From contig JBDHAB010000006.1 in the NCBI GenBank assembly GCA_039588295.1, positions 1-64,000 of the forward strand: 64,000 nucleotides of DNA. The letters are read 5' to 3'. Shown in pieces: positions 10,538 through 21,524 of the stretch. The notes below the pieces were generated by a model that made no database searches, was not told where the DNA came from, and worked only from the letters and a program-made list of their open reading frames with translations. A program made the translations under genes and the position numbers. The stretch is from Gemmatimonadota bacterium (lineage in GTDB: Bacteria > Gemmatimonadota > Gemmatimonadetes > Gemmatimonadales > GWC2-71-9). Within the stretch, counting starts at the first letter, position 1, and each line of letters opens with the position of its first letter.

Positions 10538-11326
10538 TTAGAGAATGCTCCGCACGAATCCGCCGTCGATCTGTAGGGCAACACCGGTAATGTAGCTGGC
10601 GCGCTCCGAGGCCAAGAACGCTACCGCGGCGGCGAGCTCCCGAGGGTCGCCCATGCGGCCCATCGGGATATCGCGCACGAGCGTGCGGGCAACCTTCTCC
10701 GGTGGCTGCTCGGCGGTCGCCATCTCTTTCAGGAGCTCCTGGACGCGTTCGGTGTGCATGTAGCCGGGGCACACGGCGTTCACGGTGACACCATCGGCCG
10801 CGATCTCGTCGGCCAAGGCTTTGGCAAACCCCAGTACACCGGCGCGCGCGGTGGTCGAGAGAATGAGACTACCCAGCGGCTGCTTGGCCGCGACGCTGGC
10901 GAGGCAGATGATCCGCCCCCACTGACGATCTCGCATACCGGGTACGACGGCTGTGCACAGGTTGATCGTCGAGAGCAGGTTGAGTTCGAGTGCCTCCTGC
11001 CAGCTCCCGTCCGGTGCCATCCGAAACGTCGTTGGGGCCGGACCGCCCGCGTTGCACACGAGGATGTCGATCCGGCCAAACCGGCGGATGGTGCGGTCCA
11101 CGAGTTCCGCAGCAGCTGCCGGCCTGCTGACATCCGCCCGGAACCCGTCCACATCGGCACCCGTTTCTGTCTCGATCTGGGCGACCGCGCGGCTCAACTG
11201 GTCGGGGTCGCGCGCGTTGAGGGCCACCGCGCAGCCCTCGCGTGCAAGTGCGTCAGCGATGGCGAATCCCAGCCCGCGAGAGGAACCGCCCACGAGTGCC
11301 ACGCGGTTCGAGAGTTCGAGATCCAT
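10538..11326 (-). CDS. SDR family oxidoreductase
   Basis: GGSSRGLG, LVCNAGG, VTVNAVCPG, ASYITG..IDGG. Confidence 0.9.
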   Translation of the reverse strand: MDLELSNRVALVGGSSRGLGFAIADALAREGCAVALNARDPDQLSRAVAQIETETGADVDGFRADVSRPAAAAELVDRTIRRFGRIDILVCNAGGPAPTTFRMAPDGSWQEALELNLLSTINLCTAVVPGMRDRQWGRIICLASVAAKQPLGSLILSTTARAGVLGFAKALADEIAADGVTVNAVCPGYMHTERVQELLKEMATAEQPPEKVARTLVRDIPMGRMGDPRELAAAVAFLASERASYITGVALQIDGGFVRSIL

Positions 11327-11489
11327 AGCCGGTACGTTGGTTAGCGGTGGAACAAATTCGGTGTGGGGTGGTATCCTGCGACGGAATCTGACGAGTCGAC
11401 GAGGGTGCAGCAAGATCCGCGCGTTGCATCACGGTTTGTGCCCGGTGATATTCGCAAGCGGGCCTCGATTTCCATTGTAAGGATTGGCT

Positions 11490-13070
11490 ATGGCGTATAC
11501 CCGACGTGATTTCCTGGCGCAGTCGTCGCTGGCAGCGGCCTCCCTGATAGTCGTGCCGCGGGGAACCAACGGAGCGCAGCGTGGAGGCGCGCAACAACGT
11601 GACGTTGCCGCCATGCAGCTCTGTATGTTCGCCCTCGACGCTGCGAGGTCAGCGGGTGCAACGTACGCCGATGCGCGCATCGTTCGCCGCCGCCTGCAGA
11701 CGGTCAGCGTGCGCGAGGAGCGTGTCGGGGCCGTGCAGGACGACGAAACCGTCGGGATCGGCGTGCGGGTATTGGCTGGGGCGGCGTGGGGATTCGCCGC
11801 GAGCGAGCGCCTCACGCGCAGTGAATGTGTCCGGTTGGCGCAAGCGGCGGTCGAGCAGGCACGGGCTACCACCGCCGACGTGGTACTCGCACCGGTCTTG
11901 GCGTATCCCGATGGGGTGTGGAAGAGCCCGGTCGACATCGATCCATTCGACGTTGCCGTCGAAGACAAGAGGGACCTGCTGCTCGCGGCAAGCGCTGAGG
12001 CGCTGAGGGTCGAACGGGTACGATCCGTGACCGCCGCGATCGAGTGCGTCCGCTCCGAAACGACCTTCGCGTCGACGGCCGGCAGTGTCATCGTCCAGAC
12101 CGCGTACCGCACCTACCCGTGGATTACAGTGACGGCGGTCGGAGTCGATGGATCGAGCCAGCAGACGCGATCGTCGACCGAGGTTCCACCGATGGGCCTG
12201 GGGTTTGAGCACGTCGAGGCTGCGGATTTGCCGGGTCGTGCCGGTGCGTGGGCAGAGGAGGCGGCGGCGCTGCTCTCGGCGAAGACCGCGGAGCCTGGGA
12301 CGTACGATCTGGTGTTGGCACCCAGCAACCTCGTACTTCCGATCCACGAGACACTGGGGCGAGCCACCGAGCTCGATCGAGCGTTGGGATCCGGGTCGCC
12401 GGAAGCCGGAACGTCGTATCTGACGCCGCCGGAGCAGATGCTGGGACGGTTTCGGTTCGGGCCCGAGTTCATGAACGTCCAGGCGGATCGAACGCAACGC
12501 GGGGCCTTGGCAACGGTCGGCTGGGATGACGAGGGCGTGGCGGCCGAGAGTTGGTCGATCGTCAAGGACGGGGTGTTGGCCGACTATCAGACGACGCGTG
12601 AGCTGGCCCCTCGCATCGCCGATCTGACGGGGAACCCACATTCGCACGGCTGCGCCCGGGCGGATTCATGGGAGCGTGCGCCCATGCAACGCATGCCGAA
12701 CGTTTCGCTGCTTCCCGGTGCAGACGACTATTTGCTTGACGATCTGATTGCGGCAACTGATCGAGGCATTCTCGTCCAGGGGACCGGTCCGCACAGCGTC
12801 GATCGCGAAGGCTTCCGCTTTCGAATCGGGGGGGAGGTTTGTTACGAAATCCGAGACGGCAAGCTTGGCGCCATGCTTCGGGACGTGGCGTATGAGGCCA
12901 CCGCGCCGGAACTGTGGAACTCCCTCGAGCAGCTCGGAGGACCGCGCAGCTATGAGCTCGTCGGGAAGACCGATGACGTGAAGGGGTCGCCGCCGCAGTC
13001 GAACGCTATGAGTCACGGATGTCCGCCTGCCCTATTCCGCGGCGTCCAAGTCGTGACTGCAGCGGGCTGA
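11490..13070 (+). CDS. Tat-exported TldD/PmbA family protein (metal motif degenerate)
   Basis: TRRDFL Tat motif; YADARI, GIGVRVL, WDDEGV, QRMPNVSL, SHGCP; HETLGR replaces HExxGH. Confidence 0.85.
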   Translation: MAYTRRDFLAQSSLAAASLIVVPRGTNGAQRGGAQQRDVAAMQLCMFALDAARSAGATYADARIVRRRLQTVSVREERVGAVQDDETVGIGVRVLAGAAWGFAASERLTRSECVRLAQAAVEQARATTADVVLAPVLAYPDGVWKSPVDIDPFDVAVEDKRDLLLAASAEALRVERVRSVTAAIECVRSETTFASTAGSVIVQTAYRTYPWITVTAVGVDGSSQQTRSSTEVPPMGLGFEHVEAADLPGRAGAWAEEAAALLSAKTAEPGTYDLVLAPSNLVLPIHETLGRATELDRALGSGSPEAGTSYLTPPEQMLGRFRFGPEFMNVQADRTQRGALATVGWDDEGVAAESWSIVKDGVLADYQTTRELAPRIADLTGNPHSHGCARADSWERAPMQRMPNVSLLPGADDYLLDDLIAATDRGILVQGTGPHSVDREGFRFRIGGEVCYEIRDGKLGAMLRDVAYEATAPELWNSLEQLGGPRSYELVGKTDDVKGSPPQSNAMSHGCPPALFRGVQVVTAAG

Positions 13071-13072
13071 TC

Positions 13073-13879
13073 CTAGGGCTTGATCGCGACGAAACTCCGT
13101 CTTGCTCCTGACCTGAGACGCTCGATCTGCCACCCTCCGTAGTGCGCTTTCACGGCCTCGGGCGCGAGCGCTATGACGTCACTTGTCTGTTCGAGATCCC
13201 AGAGATGGTGTGCTCCCCCGGAAACGGTGCGCTCCTTCAGCGTTTCGATGAACCGCTCCCGATCGTCAGCGTCGACCCGAGCCAAGGTTCGCGGATCGAG
13301 GACGGTCAGGGCCGGATGCACGTCGGGGAACCAACTCCCCAGTCCGACGACGTAGGCCTGGAACCGAAACGCGAGCGCCTCGGCAGCGGCCCGTGTCTCG
13401 ATGGCTTCGACCCGTGACACCTCGGAATCAATGAACACTACGGACCAGTCGTTGGCCGCGAGATAGAAAGCGGAGGGGGCGGCGCCGGCACCGACCACGA
13501 GCGCATCGCCCTCCAAATCATTGTTGCGTGCGAGATCCACCAACCGGGAGTGGGCGTCGAGTCCCCAGTGGGTCGGCTCACGCTGCGCGCGCCGCAGCTT
13601 GAGGTGGCGTTCCCGCCAGCGGCGGTAGGACGGCAGGTTGAGACGTCGCGTGATGAGCCGATCTACGTGCTCCAGCACGAGGACCTCGGTCAGCACCAGC
13701 TGTTCCTGGGAACCAGCGTCCAATTCGCGGACGGCCTCATCCGCAATACTCAGGAGCTTCTCACGGGAGATCTGCTGCTTGAACTCCTCGATGCGCTCGA
13801 GGATGAACTCGCTGTACTCCTGCCGAAGCGAGCGCGGCTGCCGTCTTCGGCCGCGGCGGGGGCTCGGCGACGTCAGCAC
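13073..13879 (-). CDS. Hypothetical protein: helical N-terminus plus degenerate SAM-methyltransferase-like C-terminal domain
   Basis: 268-aa ORF overlapping the CDF gene end; ALVVGAG...AFYLAANDWSVVFID resembles Rossmann MTase motifs I-II. Confidence 0.6.
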   Translation of the reverse strand: MLTSPSPRRGRRRQPRSLRQEYSEFILERIEEFKQQISREKLLSIADEAVRELDAGSQEQLVLTEVLVLEHVDRLITRRLNLPSYRRWRERHLKLRRAQREPTHWGLDAHSRLVDLARNNDLEGDALVVGAGAAPSAFYLAANDWSVVFIDSEVSRVEAIETRAAAEALAFRFQAYVVGLGSWFPDVHPALTVLDPRTLARVDADDRERFIETLKERTVSGGAHHLWDLEQTSDVIALAPEAVKAHYGGWQIERLRSGARRSFVAIKP

Positions 13880-14775
13880 GGCTCGATATGAACGACGACT
13901 TCGTGGAATCCCAGCTTGCCACGGAGGCGCGACTCGACAGCGTCGGCCACCTGGTGGGCCGTCGTGACCGTCGACGAGCCGTCGACTGCGATCGTGAGTT
14001 CAGCAAAGCGTCGCTCCTGCCCACCGCGTGATCGAATGGCATACGCGCTGGTCACGCCCTTCACTTGCTCCGCCACCCGCTGAATGTCCGTGGCTGGCGC
14101 GGCGAGTTGATCCACTAGCACCGGCACGGAGCGCGCCACGATGCTGTAGGCCAGTACCACGATGATGCCAGCGACGATCAGGGCCACGAGTGGGTCGACA
14201 AACCAGTAGCCGGCACGAGCGGCCACCACCCCGACAAGCACGCCGGCCGTGATGAACACATCTGCCCGAGTGTGCGCGGCGTCGGCGAGGAGGATCTGAC
14301 TGTTCAATTGGCGTCCTCTCGTGGCCTCGTACGTGGCGACGAACGCGTTGATCACGAGGGTGGCGCCGAGGATCGCCAGTTCGATCGGCCCGATCTCGAG
14401 GGGCTCCGTGCCTCGTGCCAATCGGGTCAGTGCCCCCTTCACAAGCTCGAAACACGTGATGGAAAGAAACGCCACGATCGCGAGTGCGCCGAGCGTCTCG
14501 AACTTCTCATGTCCGTACGGATGATCCTCGTCCGGTTCGCGCGCTGCCACCCAAATCACCGCCAGTGCCAGCACATTGTTCATCGCGTCCACCGACGAGT
14601 GCACGCCATCTCCCAGGACGCCGAGCGATCGCGTTCGCAGTCCGATGACGATCTTGGCCCCCACCACCGCCACGTTGGCGATGAGGAGGCCGAGAAGGAC
14701 GCGCTTCACCTGCGCGTTGCGATCGCGCGGCGCCACGCGGGCGGGTGCCATGCGGTTCAAGCTCGCTCCGGCCAT
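13873..14775 (-). CDS. Cation diffusion facilitator family transporter
   Basis: DGVHSSVD, PDEDHPYGHEKFE, ADAAHTRAD, C-terminal VVHIEP. Confidence 0.93.
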   Translation of the reverse strand: MAGASLNRMAPARVAPRDRNAQVKRVLLGLLIANVAVVGAKIVIGLRTRSLGVLGDGVHSSVDAMNNVLALAVIWVAAREPDEDHPYGHEKFETLGALAIVAFLSITCFELVKGALTRLARGTEPLEIGPIELAILGATLVINAFVATYEATRGRQLNSQILLADAAHTRADVFITAGVLVGVVAARAGYWFVDPLVALIVAGIIVVLAYSIVARSVPVLVDQLAAPATDIQRVAEQVKGVTSAYAIRSRGGQERRFAELTIAVDGSSTVTTAHQVADAVESRLRGKLGFHEVVVHIEPC

Positions 14776-14842
14776 CCGGAGTTGTCAACGGCGTCATTGC
14801 ATCGACAAGACGAACGCCCTCGGCAGCCCGCATCGATCGTGC

Positions 14843-16051
14843 CTAGTCGAGTGCCTGTACCAGCGCACCCTTGAGATATCCGGTCTCTGGCACGGTCAGG
14901 AGTGTGGGGTGATCAGCACTTTGTCCCAATGAGCGCACGAGCGCGACGCGCCGACCACTGTCGCGCGCCGCTGCGGCCAGCATTTCGAAGAACCGTGGTC
15001 CATCCACATGATAGGAACAGGAAAACGTACCCAGCGTGCCACCGCGTGCCAGCAGCCGCAGAGCCCGCAAGTTGATCTCCTTGTATCCGGCCAATGCACG
15101 CTCCAGCGACTCGCGCCGCTTTGCAAATGCAGGAGGATCCAGAACGATCGTATCGAACCGCTCTTTCGCCGTTGCGAGCGCGCGCAAGTAGTCGAAGGCG
15201 TTGGCCTCGATCCACTCCACGTTTGCGATGCCATTCAGCTGCGCATTGCTCTTCGCAACCGCCAAGGCAGTGGCGCTCGAGTCGACTGCCCGTACCTGCT
15301 CGGCGCTACGCGCCATGTGCAGGGCAAACAGTCCTTGGTAAGTGAACACGTCGAGTGTGCGCCCGCGCGCCAGGCGCCCCAAGAGCGCGCGGTTTTCGCG
15401 CTGATCGAGGAACGCGCCCGTCTTCTGACCGGTGTGTGGAAGGACGTAGAAACGAACATCTGCCTCAGATACCTCGAGCCGCTCTGGCACGGTACCGGCA
15501 GCCTCGGTGACCTCCAGTGCGAGCCCCTCGTGTCGCCGCACCGTCGCGTCGTTCCGCAGCAAGATGCCGGCGGGCGCGAGCACCTCGCGAAGCGCGTAGA
15601 TCACATCGTCACGCAGCTGCTCCAGGCCGGCCGAGAGGAGTTGCGCGACGACGTAGTCCCCGTAGCAGTCGACGATGAGTGACGGTAGGCCATCGGCCTC
15701 GCCGTGGACCACGCGGTAGGCTGTCGTGTCCGAAATCGCCGAATCGCGGTACGAGCGAGCCCGCTCGATCTGCTGGCACCACCACTCGCGGTTGATTTCC
15801 ACCGCCCCAGTGGTCAGCATGCGGAGTCGGATCTCCGATGCCGGGCTCCAGAGCGCTCGACCGATCGGCCGAGCGCGTTCGTCGACGACCGAGACCACGC
15901 CCGGCGGGTGATCGCTCTGGTCTACATCGGAGCGGTAGATCCATGGGTGTCCCGCACGCGCCCGCTGGGCCCCGCGGCGCGATACCTTCACCGTGGCGGG
16001 CTCCGGGGGTTCTCGCGTCGAGATGTCGGAGTGGGTGCGGTCGGGCTTCAT
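14843..16051 (-). CDS. RlmI/RlmK-like SAM-dependent rRNA methyltransferase
   Basis: GHPWIY PUA domain, HGEADGLP, GQKTGAFLDQRENR, LDPPAF, FSCS. Confidence 0.9.
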   Translation of the reverse strand: MKPDRTHSDISTREPPEPATVKVSRRGAQRARAGHPWIYRSDVDQSDHPPGVVSVVDERARPIGRALWSPASEIRLRMLTTGAVEINREWWCQQIERARSYRDSAISDTTAYRVVHGEADGLPSLIVDCYGDYVVAQLLSAGLEQLRDDVIYALREVLAPAGILLRNDATVRRHEGLALEVTEAAGTVPERLEVSEADVRFYVLPHTGQKTGAFLDQRENRALLGRLARGRTLDVFTYQGLFALHMARSAEQVRAVDSSATALAVAKSNAQLNGIANVEWIEANAFDYLRALATAKERFDTIVLDPPAFAKRRESLERALAGYKEINLRALRLLARGGTLGTFSCSYHVDGPRFFEMLAAAARDSGRRVALVRSLGQSADHPTLLTVPETGYLKGALVQALD

Positions 16052-16113
16052 GGCGTGGCGTATCCTTCCGGCTCGGTCATTGGCTGAGTCGAGCGGGTCT
16101 CTGTGCAAGGGAG

Positions 16114-16755
16114 ATGATCGTGAATCTGCCGGAGCTTCGTCTGCTCGCGATCGCCGGTCCGCCCGTGCTCCAGCTCGATACGGTGGTCGCTGCGTGTCGG
16201 GCGGCGGTCGATGGAGGTGTGACCGGTGTGCAGCTGCGTGTGAAGTCGTTGGCGGCGGGTCCACTGACGGAACTCACCAGAGCCTTGTGCGCCGCGCTCC
16301 CGGTACCCGTGTATGTCAACGACCGAGCCGATGTCGCATTGGCCGCCGGGGCGGCCGGGGTCCATGTCGGAACGGACGACCTTCCACCCGCTGCCGTGCG
16401 CCAGGTCGCGGGCGACGCGCTACGCATTGGCGTCTCGATTGGCACGGACGCCGAAGCTGACGCGGCGCTGCGTTCCGACGTGGACTACTGGAGCATCGGA
16501 TGCATCTACCACACGGGCACCAAACCGGATGCCGGTATGCCGATTGGGGTCACGGGATTCCGTTCCCTGAGGGAGCGCGCGCCAGCCGGGCTTCCCGTGA
16601 TCGCCATTGGAGGCATTGGGGTAGATAACGCCGCAGAGGTGCTCAACGCCGGTGCGCAAGGAGTAGCCGTGAGTCATGCCGTGTTCGGTGTTCGGGACGT
16701 GCGCCGCGCCGCGGCCGAGCTCCGGGACGCCATTGACGCGGCTCTCTCACACTAA
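16114..16755 (+). CDS. thiE: Thiamine phosphate synthase
   Basis: VQLRVK, VNDRADVA, GVHVG, TGTKPDA, AIGGI; start is ATG 16114 or GTG 16120. Confidence 0.9.
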   Translation: MIVNLPELRLLAIAGPPVLQLDTVVAACRAAVDGGVTGVQLRVKSLAAGPLTELTRALCAALPVPVYVNDRADVALAAGAAGVHVGTDDLPPAAVRQVAGDALRIGVSIGTDAEADAALRSDVDYWSIGCIYHTGTKPDAGMPIGVTGFRSLRERAPAGLPVIAIGGIGVDNAAEVLNAGAQGVAVSHAVFGVRDVRRAAAELRDAIDAALSH

Positions 16756-16759
16756 CGCG

Positions 16760-17743
16760 TCATCCGGACGGTCCGCCGCGGTCCGGGCCACGGATCGCTC
16801 CAATCGCGCGTAGGTGTTCGCGGTATGTGCGGGAAAACACGTGCTGCCCATCCGGTCGGGCGACGAAGTAGAGAAACTGGGTTCGGGCGGGGTAGAGCGC
16901 CGCTTCCAGGCTCGCCTCCGAAGGGCCGCCGATTGGGCCAGGGGGGAGGCCATCGACCACATAGGTGTTGTAGGGTGACGGCGTCTGGTAATCTTTCTCG
17001 AACAACCGACGCCGGCGGCCGATGGCGTACGCGACGGTCGGGTCAGCCTGCAGTCGCATGCCGCTACGCAGTCGGTTGTGGTAAACGGACGCGACGTACA
17101 CCCGATCTGGGCCGTAGCGGACCTCTCCCTCGATAATGCTGGCCAGCGTGACGATCTCGTAGCGGCTCATCCCGAGGCTGTCGAGCTGCGCAGTCCACTC
17201 GGGGCGCCAACGCCGCTCGAACTCCGCGACCATCTGTCTGATGACGTCTGTTGCACCCGCATCCGTCGGCACGAGGTAGGTACTGGGGTACAGATAGCCC
17301 TCGAGTGTCGCTGCGGGAGTCTCGAGTCGTGCACGGAGTGTGCTGTCGCGTGCGGCTTCGAGAATGCTGTCGGCGGGGATGGCAAGTTGGCGCTCGATTG
17401 CCGCAGCTACCTCCTGCAAGGTCAGACCTTCCGGAACCACGAGGCGGCTCTCCGCTGGCCTTCCCGACACCAGAATACGCAGCGCCTCTCGCACGGTTGA
17501 GGATGCCGGGAAATCGTAGGTCCCCGCCTGGATGGTACGTTCCCGACCCGTCATGGTGGCGTAGAACCGGAACAGCGTAGCGGATTCGATCACACCGTGA
17601 ACGTCCAGTGACTCGGCGGCTGCGACGAGTGTGGCCCCCCTGGGGATCGTGACCTGCACGCTTCGGTTCGGGCTATCGGATCGGGATGGGGCGCAGCCGA
17701 CCGTCACGACCGTAACGAGCGCAGCGAGCCAGCGTCGCGTCAT
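16760..17743 (-). CDS. mltG: Endolytic transglycosylase MltG
   Basis: LEGYLYPSTY, TLASIIEGE, NRL..GMRLQADPT, SPYNTY..GLPPGPI. Confidence 0.95.
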   Translation of the reverse strand: MTRRWLAALVTVVTVGCAPSRSDSPNRSVQVTIPRGATLVAAAESLDVHGVIESATLFRFYATMTGRERTIQAGTYDFPASSTVREALRILVSGRPAESRLVVPEGLTLQEVAAAIERQLAIPADSILEAARDSTLRARLETPAATLEGYLYPSTYLVPTDAGATDVIRQMVAEFERRWRPEWTAQLDSLGMSRYEIVTLASIIEGEVRYGPDRVYVASVYHNRLRSGMRLQADPTVAYAIGRRRRLFEKDYQTPSPYNTYVVDGLPPGPIGGPSEASLEAALYPARTQFLYFVARPDGQHVFSRTYREHLRAIGAIRGPDRGGPSG

Positions 17744-18237
17744 GAGCGGCGACTGTCCAGAAAGGTCTGTAACAGGGTTGTTGCCGCCAGTTGGTCGATC
17801 TCGCCCTTGCGACCGCGTGTCTTGCCGCCGAGATCCCGTACCGCACGAAGGGCGCGCGCCGTGGTCATTCGCTCGTCACAGAGATCGACCGGCAGCCCAC
17901 TCTTGTCCGCAATCGAGAGCGCGATCGTTCGGGCCTCGACGGCGCGCTCGGCTTCTGATCCGTCGGCACAGAGGGGAAGACCCACCAGCACGCCAGCTGG
18001 ACGATGGCGATCGAGGAAGACGCGAAGCTGCTTCAGCGGGAAGCGCTTGCCGGTCCGTCGGGTCAGTGTTGCGAGTGGTTGGGCGATGGTCTGCGTCGGG
18101 TCGGACAGCGCGAGGCCGATCCGTTTGTCACCGATATCGATGGCAAGAAGCCGCCCGATCCTGGGGAGTTCGGGCCGGCCAGCGTGGCGCGGCTCACCAG
18201 ACATGCTCTGCGCCGTCTTTCGCCGCCCAGCCGTCAT
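17740..18237 (-). CDS. ruvX: RuvX/YqgF pre-16S rRNA nuclease
   Basis: [39 protein letters not shown] overlap with rho stop (alternative start 18204). Confidence 0.93.
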   Translation of the reverse strand: MTAGRRKTAQSMSGEPRHAGRPELPRIGRLLAIDIGDKRIGLALSDPTQTIAQPLATLTRRTGKRFPLKQLRVFLDRHRPAGVLVGLPLCADGSEAERAVEARTIALSIADKSGLPVDLCDERMTTARALRAVRDLGGKTRGRKGEIDQLAATTLLQTFLDSRRS

Positions 18238-19487
18238 CCCTCCTGCATGGTGTCAAAGAATTCCTTGTTCGTCTTTGTGCGCTTCATTCGCTCCAACAGG
18301 AACTCGGTGGCTTCCACCGTCGGCATGTCTGCCAGGAAATTGCGGAGGAGGTAGATCTTGTTCAATTCAGTGGAATCGAGCAGCAGTTCCTCCTTCCGCG
18401 TGGAGCTACGCTGGACGTCGATCGCGGGGTACACCCGGCGGTCGGCAATGTGGCGATCCAGGATGAGCTCCATGTTGCCGGTTCCCTTGAATTCCTCGAA
18501 GATGACCTCGTCCATGCGACTTCCCGTTTCGATCAGAGCGGTCGCGATGATGGTGAGCGAGCCGCCACTGTCGATATTCCGCGCCGCGCCGAAGAATCGT
18601 TTGGGCTTCTGGAGTGCGTTCGCGTCTACGCCGCCCGAGAGGATCTTACCCGAGTGGGGGATCACGACGTTGTGTGCCCGGGCCAGGCGGGTGATCGAGT
18701 CGAGCAGGATGATGACGTCGCGGCCATGCTCCACCATACGACGCGCTTTCTCGATCACCATATCGGCGACCTGGACGTGCCGGTCCGCCGGTTCGTCGAA
18801 GGTGGAGGCGATCACCTCGGCTCCCTTGACGTTCTCCTCCATGTCGGTGACCTCTTCGGGGCGCTCGTCGATGAGGAGCACGATGAGTACCGCCTCGGGG
18901 TGATTCTCGGACATGGAGTTGGCGACCTTCTGGAGCAGGATCGTCTTCCCGGCCTTCGGTGGTGACACGAGCAGTCCGCGCTGGCCGAAGCCCACCGGGG
19001 TTAGCACGTCCATCACGCGCATGGACAAGTCCTCGTCGGTGCGTTCGAGCCGAATTCGCCGGTTGGCGTACCGTGGCTTCAGATTGTCGAACGCGATGCG
19101 ATGCTTGGCCTTCTCCGGGTCTTCGAAGTTGACCTTCTCGACCTTGAGGAGCGCGAGATATCGTTCGCCCTCCTTGGGTGGGCGAACCTGTCCGAGAATC
19201 GTATCGCCCGTGCGCAGGTCGAACCGCTTGATTTGACTCGGACTGACGTAGATGTCGTCCGGGCCGTACAGGTAGTTCCAGTCTTGGCTTCGAAGGAATC
19301 CGTAGCCTTCCGGTAGGATCTCCAGGACCCCCTCGCCGCGCAGAACGGTGTCAGAGTCGAGGAGCGACTGTTCGATGCGGAAGATCAGGTCTTGCTTGCG
19401 GAGGCCAGAGTAGTTGGTGATGTTGAGTTCTTCGGCCAGGGCATGCAGCTCGGCGACTGATTTCCGCTTTAGTTCCGCGATGTCCAC
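18234..19487 (-). CDS. rho: Transcription termination factor Rho
   Basis: [56 protein letters not shown]. Confidence 0.99.
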   Translation of the reverse strand: MDIAELKRKSVAELHALAEELNITNYSGLRKQDLIFRIEQSLLDSDTVLRGEGVLEILPEGYGFLRSQDWNYLYGPDDIYVSPSQIKRFDLRTGDTILGQVRPPKEGERYLALLKVEKVNFEDPEKAKHRIAFDNLKPRYANRRIRLERTDEDLSMRVMDVLTPVGFGQRGLLVSPPKAGKTILLQKVANSMSENHPEAVLIVLLIDERPEEVTDMEENVKGAEVIASTFDEPADRHVQVADMVIEKARRMVEHGRDVIILLDSITRLARAHNVVIPHSGKILSGGVDANALQKPKRFFGAARNIDSGGSLTIIATALIETGSRMDEVIFEEFKGTGNMELILDRHIADRRVYPAIDVQRSSTRKEELLLDSTELNKIYLLRNFLADMPTVEATEFLLERMKRTKTNKEFFDTMQEG

Positions 19488-19620
19488 GGTCTAAAGGATC
19501 TCCGTCCGAGGACGCGACAGAAGGGTAGCGCGTTCGGCCCGTATGCCGGGCGCATTCGTATCGCGTCGATGAGATTGAGCGTTTAGGGGATATCGTTGGG
19601 CGTGCAGGTGCCGTAATCAT

Positions 19621-20802
19621 ATGACCGCTATGAAGGAGCGTCAAGGGCCATTGTCGACCATCGTCACCTACCTCTCCTGGTGGCGCACGATCGCGGCGGG
19701 AGACCGGGAGGTGATCGATGCCGTCGTCCATCCGGCGCACCGTGGCCCGTCCCCGGACCTCGAGCACGCGCTCGCGAACTGGCCGGGCCCGTACTACTGG
19801 TCGCGCGGCGACGGTGAGGGCCGTCTCGTCCTGATTCGGTTGCTGCGGCCGCCGGGGCGTGAACGGTGGTGGCTCCACGCACTGCTCTTCGGTGCCACGT
19901 TCATCACCGTGTGGATGGGGGGAGCGCTCCTCGCCGGATCGCGCCTCCCACTGGCCTTTCCCTTCAGCATCGACTTTTCCCACGTGCCGCAGCTGCTCGG
20001 TGATCTCGTGTCTCAGCTGCTCACCTCACGGCCGGGACTCGACTTCGCGATGGCCCTGATGGCGATTCTGCTCGCCCATGAGTCCGGGCACTATCTCACA
20101 GCCCGCCGGTACGGGATCAACGCGTCACCGCCGTACTTCATTCCGGCGCCGCCGATCGTGAACTTCATCGGCACGTTCGGCGCGTTCATCCGTCTGCGCA
20201 GTCCGGTTGTGGATCGTCGACAGCTCATGGACGTTGGTGCGGCCGGTCCCTGGGCCGGATTCCTCGTCGCCCTGATCGCATTGGTGGTGGGGTTGTCGCG
20301 GTCCCAGTTGGTGTCGGGAGTGGGCCCGTCGGAGCAATTGGTGATCCTCGCGGATTTCCAGCTCTATCTGGGCGACTCACCCATCATGTATGCACTGCGC
20401 CGTGCGATGGTTGGCGAGGGTACGGTGCTCCTGCATCCGCTGGCGTTCGCCGGTTGGATTGGACTCTTTGTGACGATGCTGAACCTGCTGCCGATGGGAC
20501 AGCTGGACGGTGGTCACGTCTTGTACGCGTTGATCGGTCGACGCCAGGCCATGGTGAGCAGCGCCGCGTGGTTCGGGATCGTGGCGCTCGGCTTCATCGT
20601 CGGGAGGGAGACGTCACCGTGGATCGCATGGTTCTGGTGGATCTGGGCGATCGTGATCCTGCTGCTCAGTCGCGGTCGTCTCCATCATCCCAACGTTATG
20701 GATCGTCACCGTCCGTTGCCCACTGGACGCAAGATGCTCGGGGTCGCAACGCTGCTGCTGTTCGTCGGCACCTTCAGCCCTATCCCCGTTTACTACATCT
20801 AA
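19621..20802 (+). CDS. Site-2 protease (M50) family membrane metalloprotease
   Basis: HESGH, GTFGAFI, AAGP, NLLPMGQLDGGH; multiple TM segments. Confidence 0.92.
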   Translation: MTAMKERQGPLSTIVTYLSWWRTIAAGDREVIDAVVHPAHRGPSPDLEHALANWPGPYYWSRGDGEGRLVLIRLLRPPGRERWWLHALLFGATFITVWMGGALLAGSRLPLAFPFSIDFSHVPQLLGDLVSQLLTSRPGLDFAMALMAILLAHESGHYLTARRYGINASPPYFIPAPPIVNFIGTFGAFIRLRSPVVDRRQLMDVGAAGPWAGFLVALIALVVGLSRSQLVSGVGPSEQLVILADFQLYLGDSPIMYALRRAMVGEGTVLLHPLAFAGWIGLFVTMLNLLPMGQLDGGHVLYALIGRRQAMVSSAAWFGIVALGFIVGRETSPWIAWFWWIWAIVILLLSRGRLHHPNVMDRHRPLPTGRKMLGVATLLLFVGTFSPIPVYYI

Positions 20803-20949
20803 CGCGGTCCGGCATGCGCCCGGCCGCACCGGCGTCGGCGCAGTCGTGCGCATGCTCGCGTCCAAGGTGTTGGACTCCCGCACCACCGGCTGTGGGAGGC
20901 CTGCCGCGCGTCCCGTGCGCGGCATCCGGTGGTATTGCGTAAGTCCTAG

Positions 20950-21276
20950 ATGCGTTTATATTTGCGCAAACCAACAGGGCAACCGTCGATGCCGGGGACC
21001 CCGGTCCGCTACAGCGCTCCAGATCCAAGCGAACCCGCGATTCACGACCTCCCGCCGCTCAAGTATGAGGCGGGGCCCGTGGCGGTTCGCCTCGAGATGC
21101 GCCGCGCGGAAGACGGTACGTGGCGGGGGAGGCTGCTGTTTGGCCCCACGGAATCCGGGTCAGCGCCCGCCACGGCGGAGATCTTTTGCGCGGTGACCGA
21201 GAGCGATCTCTGGGAGTGCGTGCACGATCTTCGGGAGCACCACCTGCGGGACCTCTTTCGCTCGGTCACCGAGTAG
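20950..21276 (+). CDS. Small hypothetical protein
   Basis: ORF with globular-looking sequence (DGTWRGRLLF, TAEIF, HLRDLFRS); alternative ATG at 20989. Confidence 0.65.
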   Translation: MRLYLRKPTGQPSMPGTPVRYSAPDPSEPAIHDLPPLKYEAGPVAVRLEMRRAEDGTWRGRLLFGPTESGSAPATAEIFCAVTESDLWECVHDLREHHLRDLFRSVTE

Positions 21277-21524
21277 CTTCCTTTCTCTCAACTGCCGGTT
21301 TGACAACGCCGTAGCCCTGCTCGGACGCGGTTTCGCGCCAGCACGGCCACCACCGTGTGCGGCGGCGCGCTCTTTGCTGGAAAACTGTGCAGCCGATGTC
21401 GGTGTGCGGGACTGCGGAAGCGTTCCGCGACCTGCTTGACGGGGCTTGCACCCAGGCGCAAGTTGGCCTTTCCAACCGATCGCGCCTTGCCTCGCGCGCC
21501 GCAGTTGCCAGGCTGGAGTTGCCT

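Noticed and set aside
10538..11326. SDR lacking the catalytic YxxxK (reads STTAR)
   Set aside because: SxxxR/K variants are a known atypical SDR subgroup, so this is not evidence of decay or novelty
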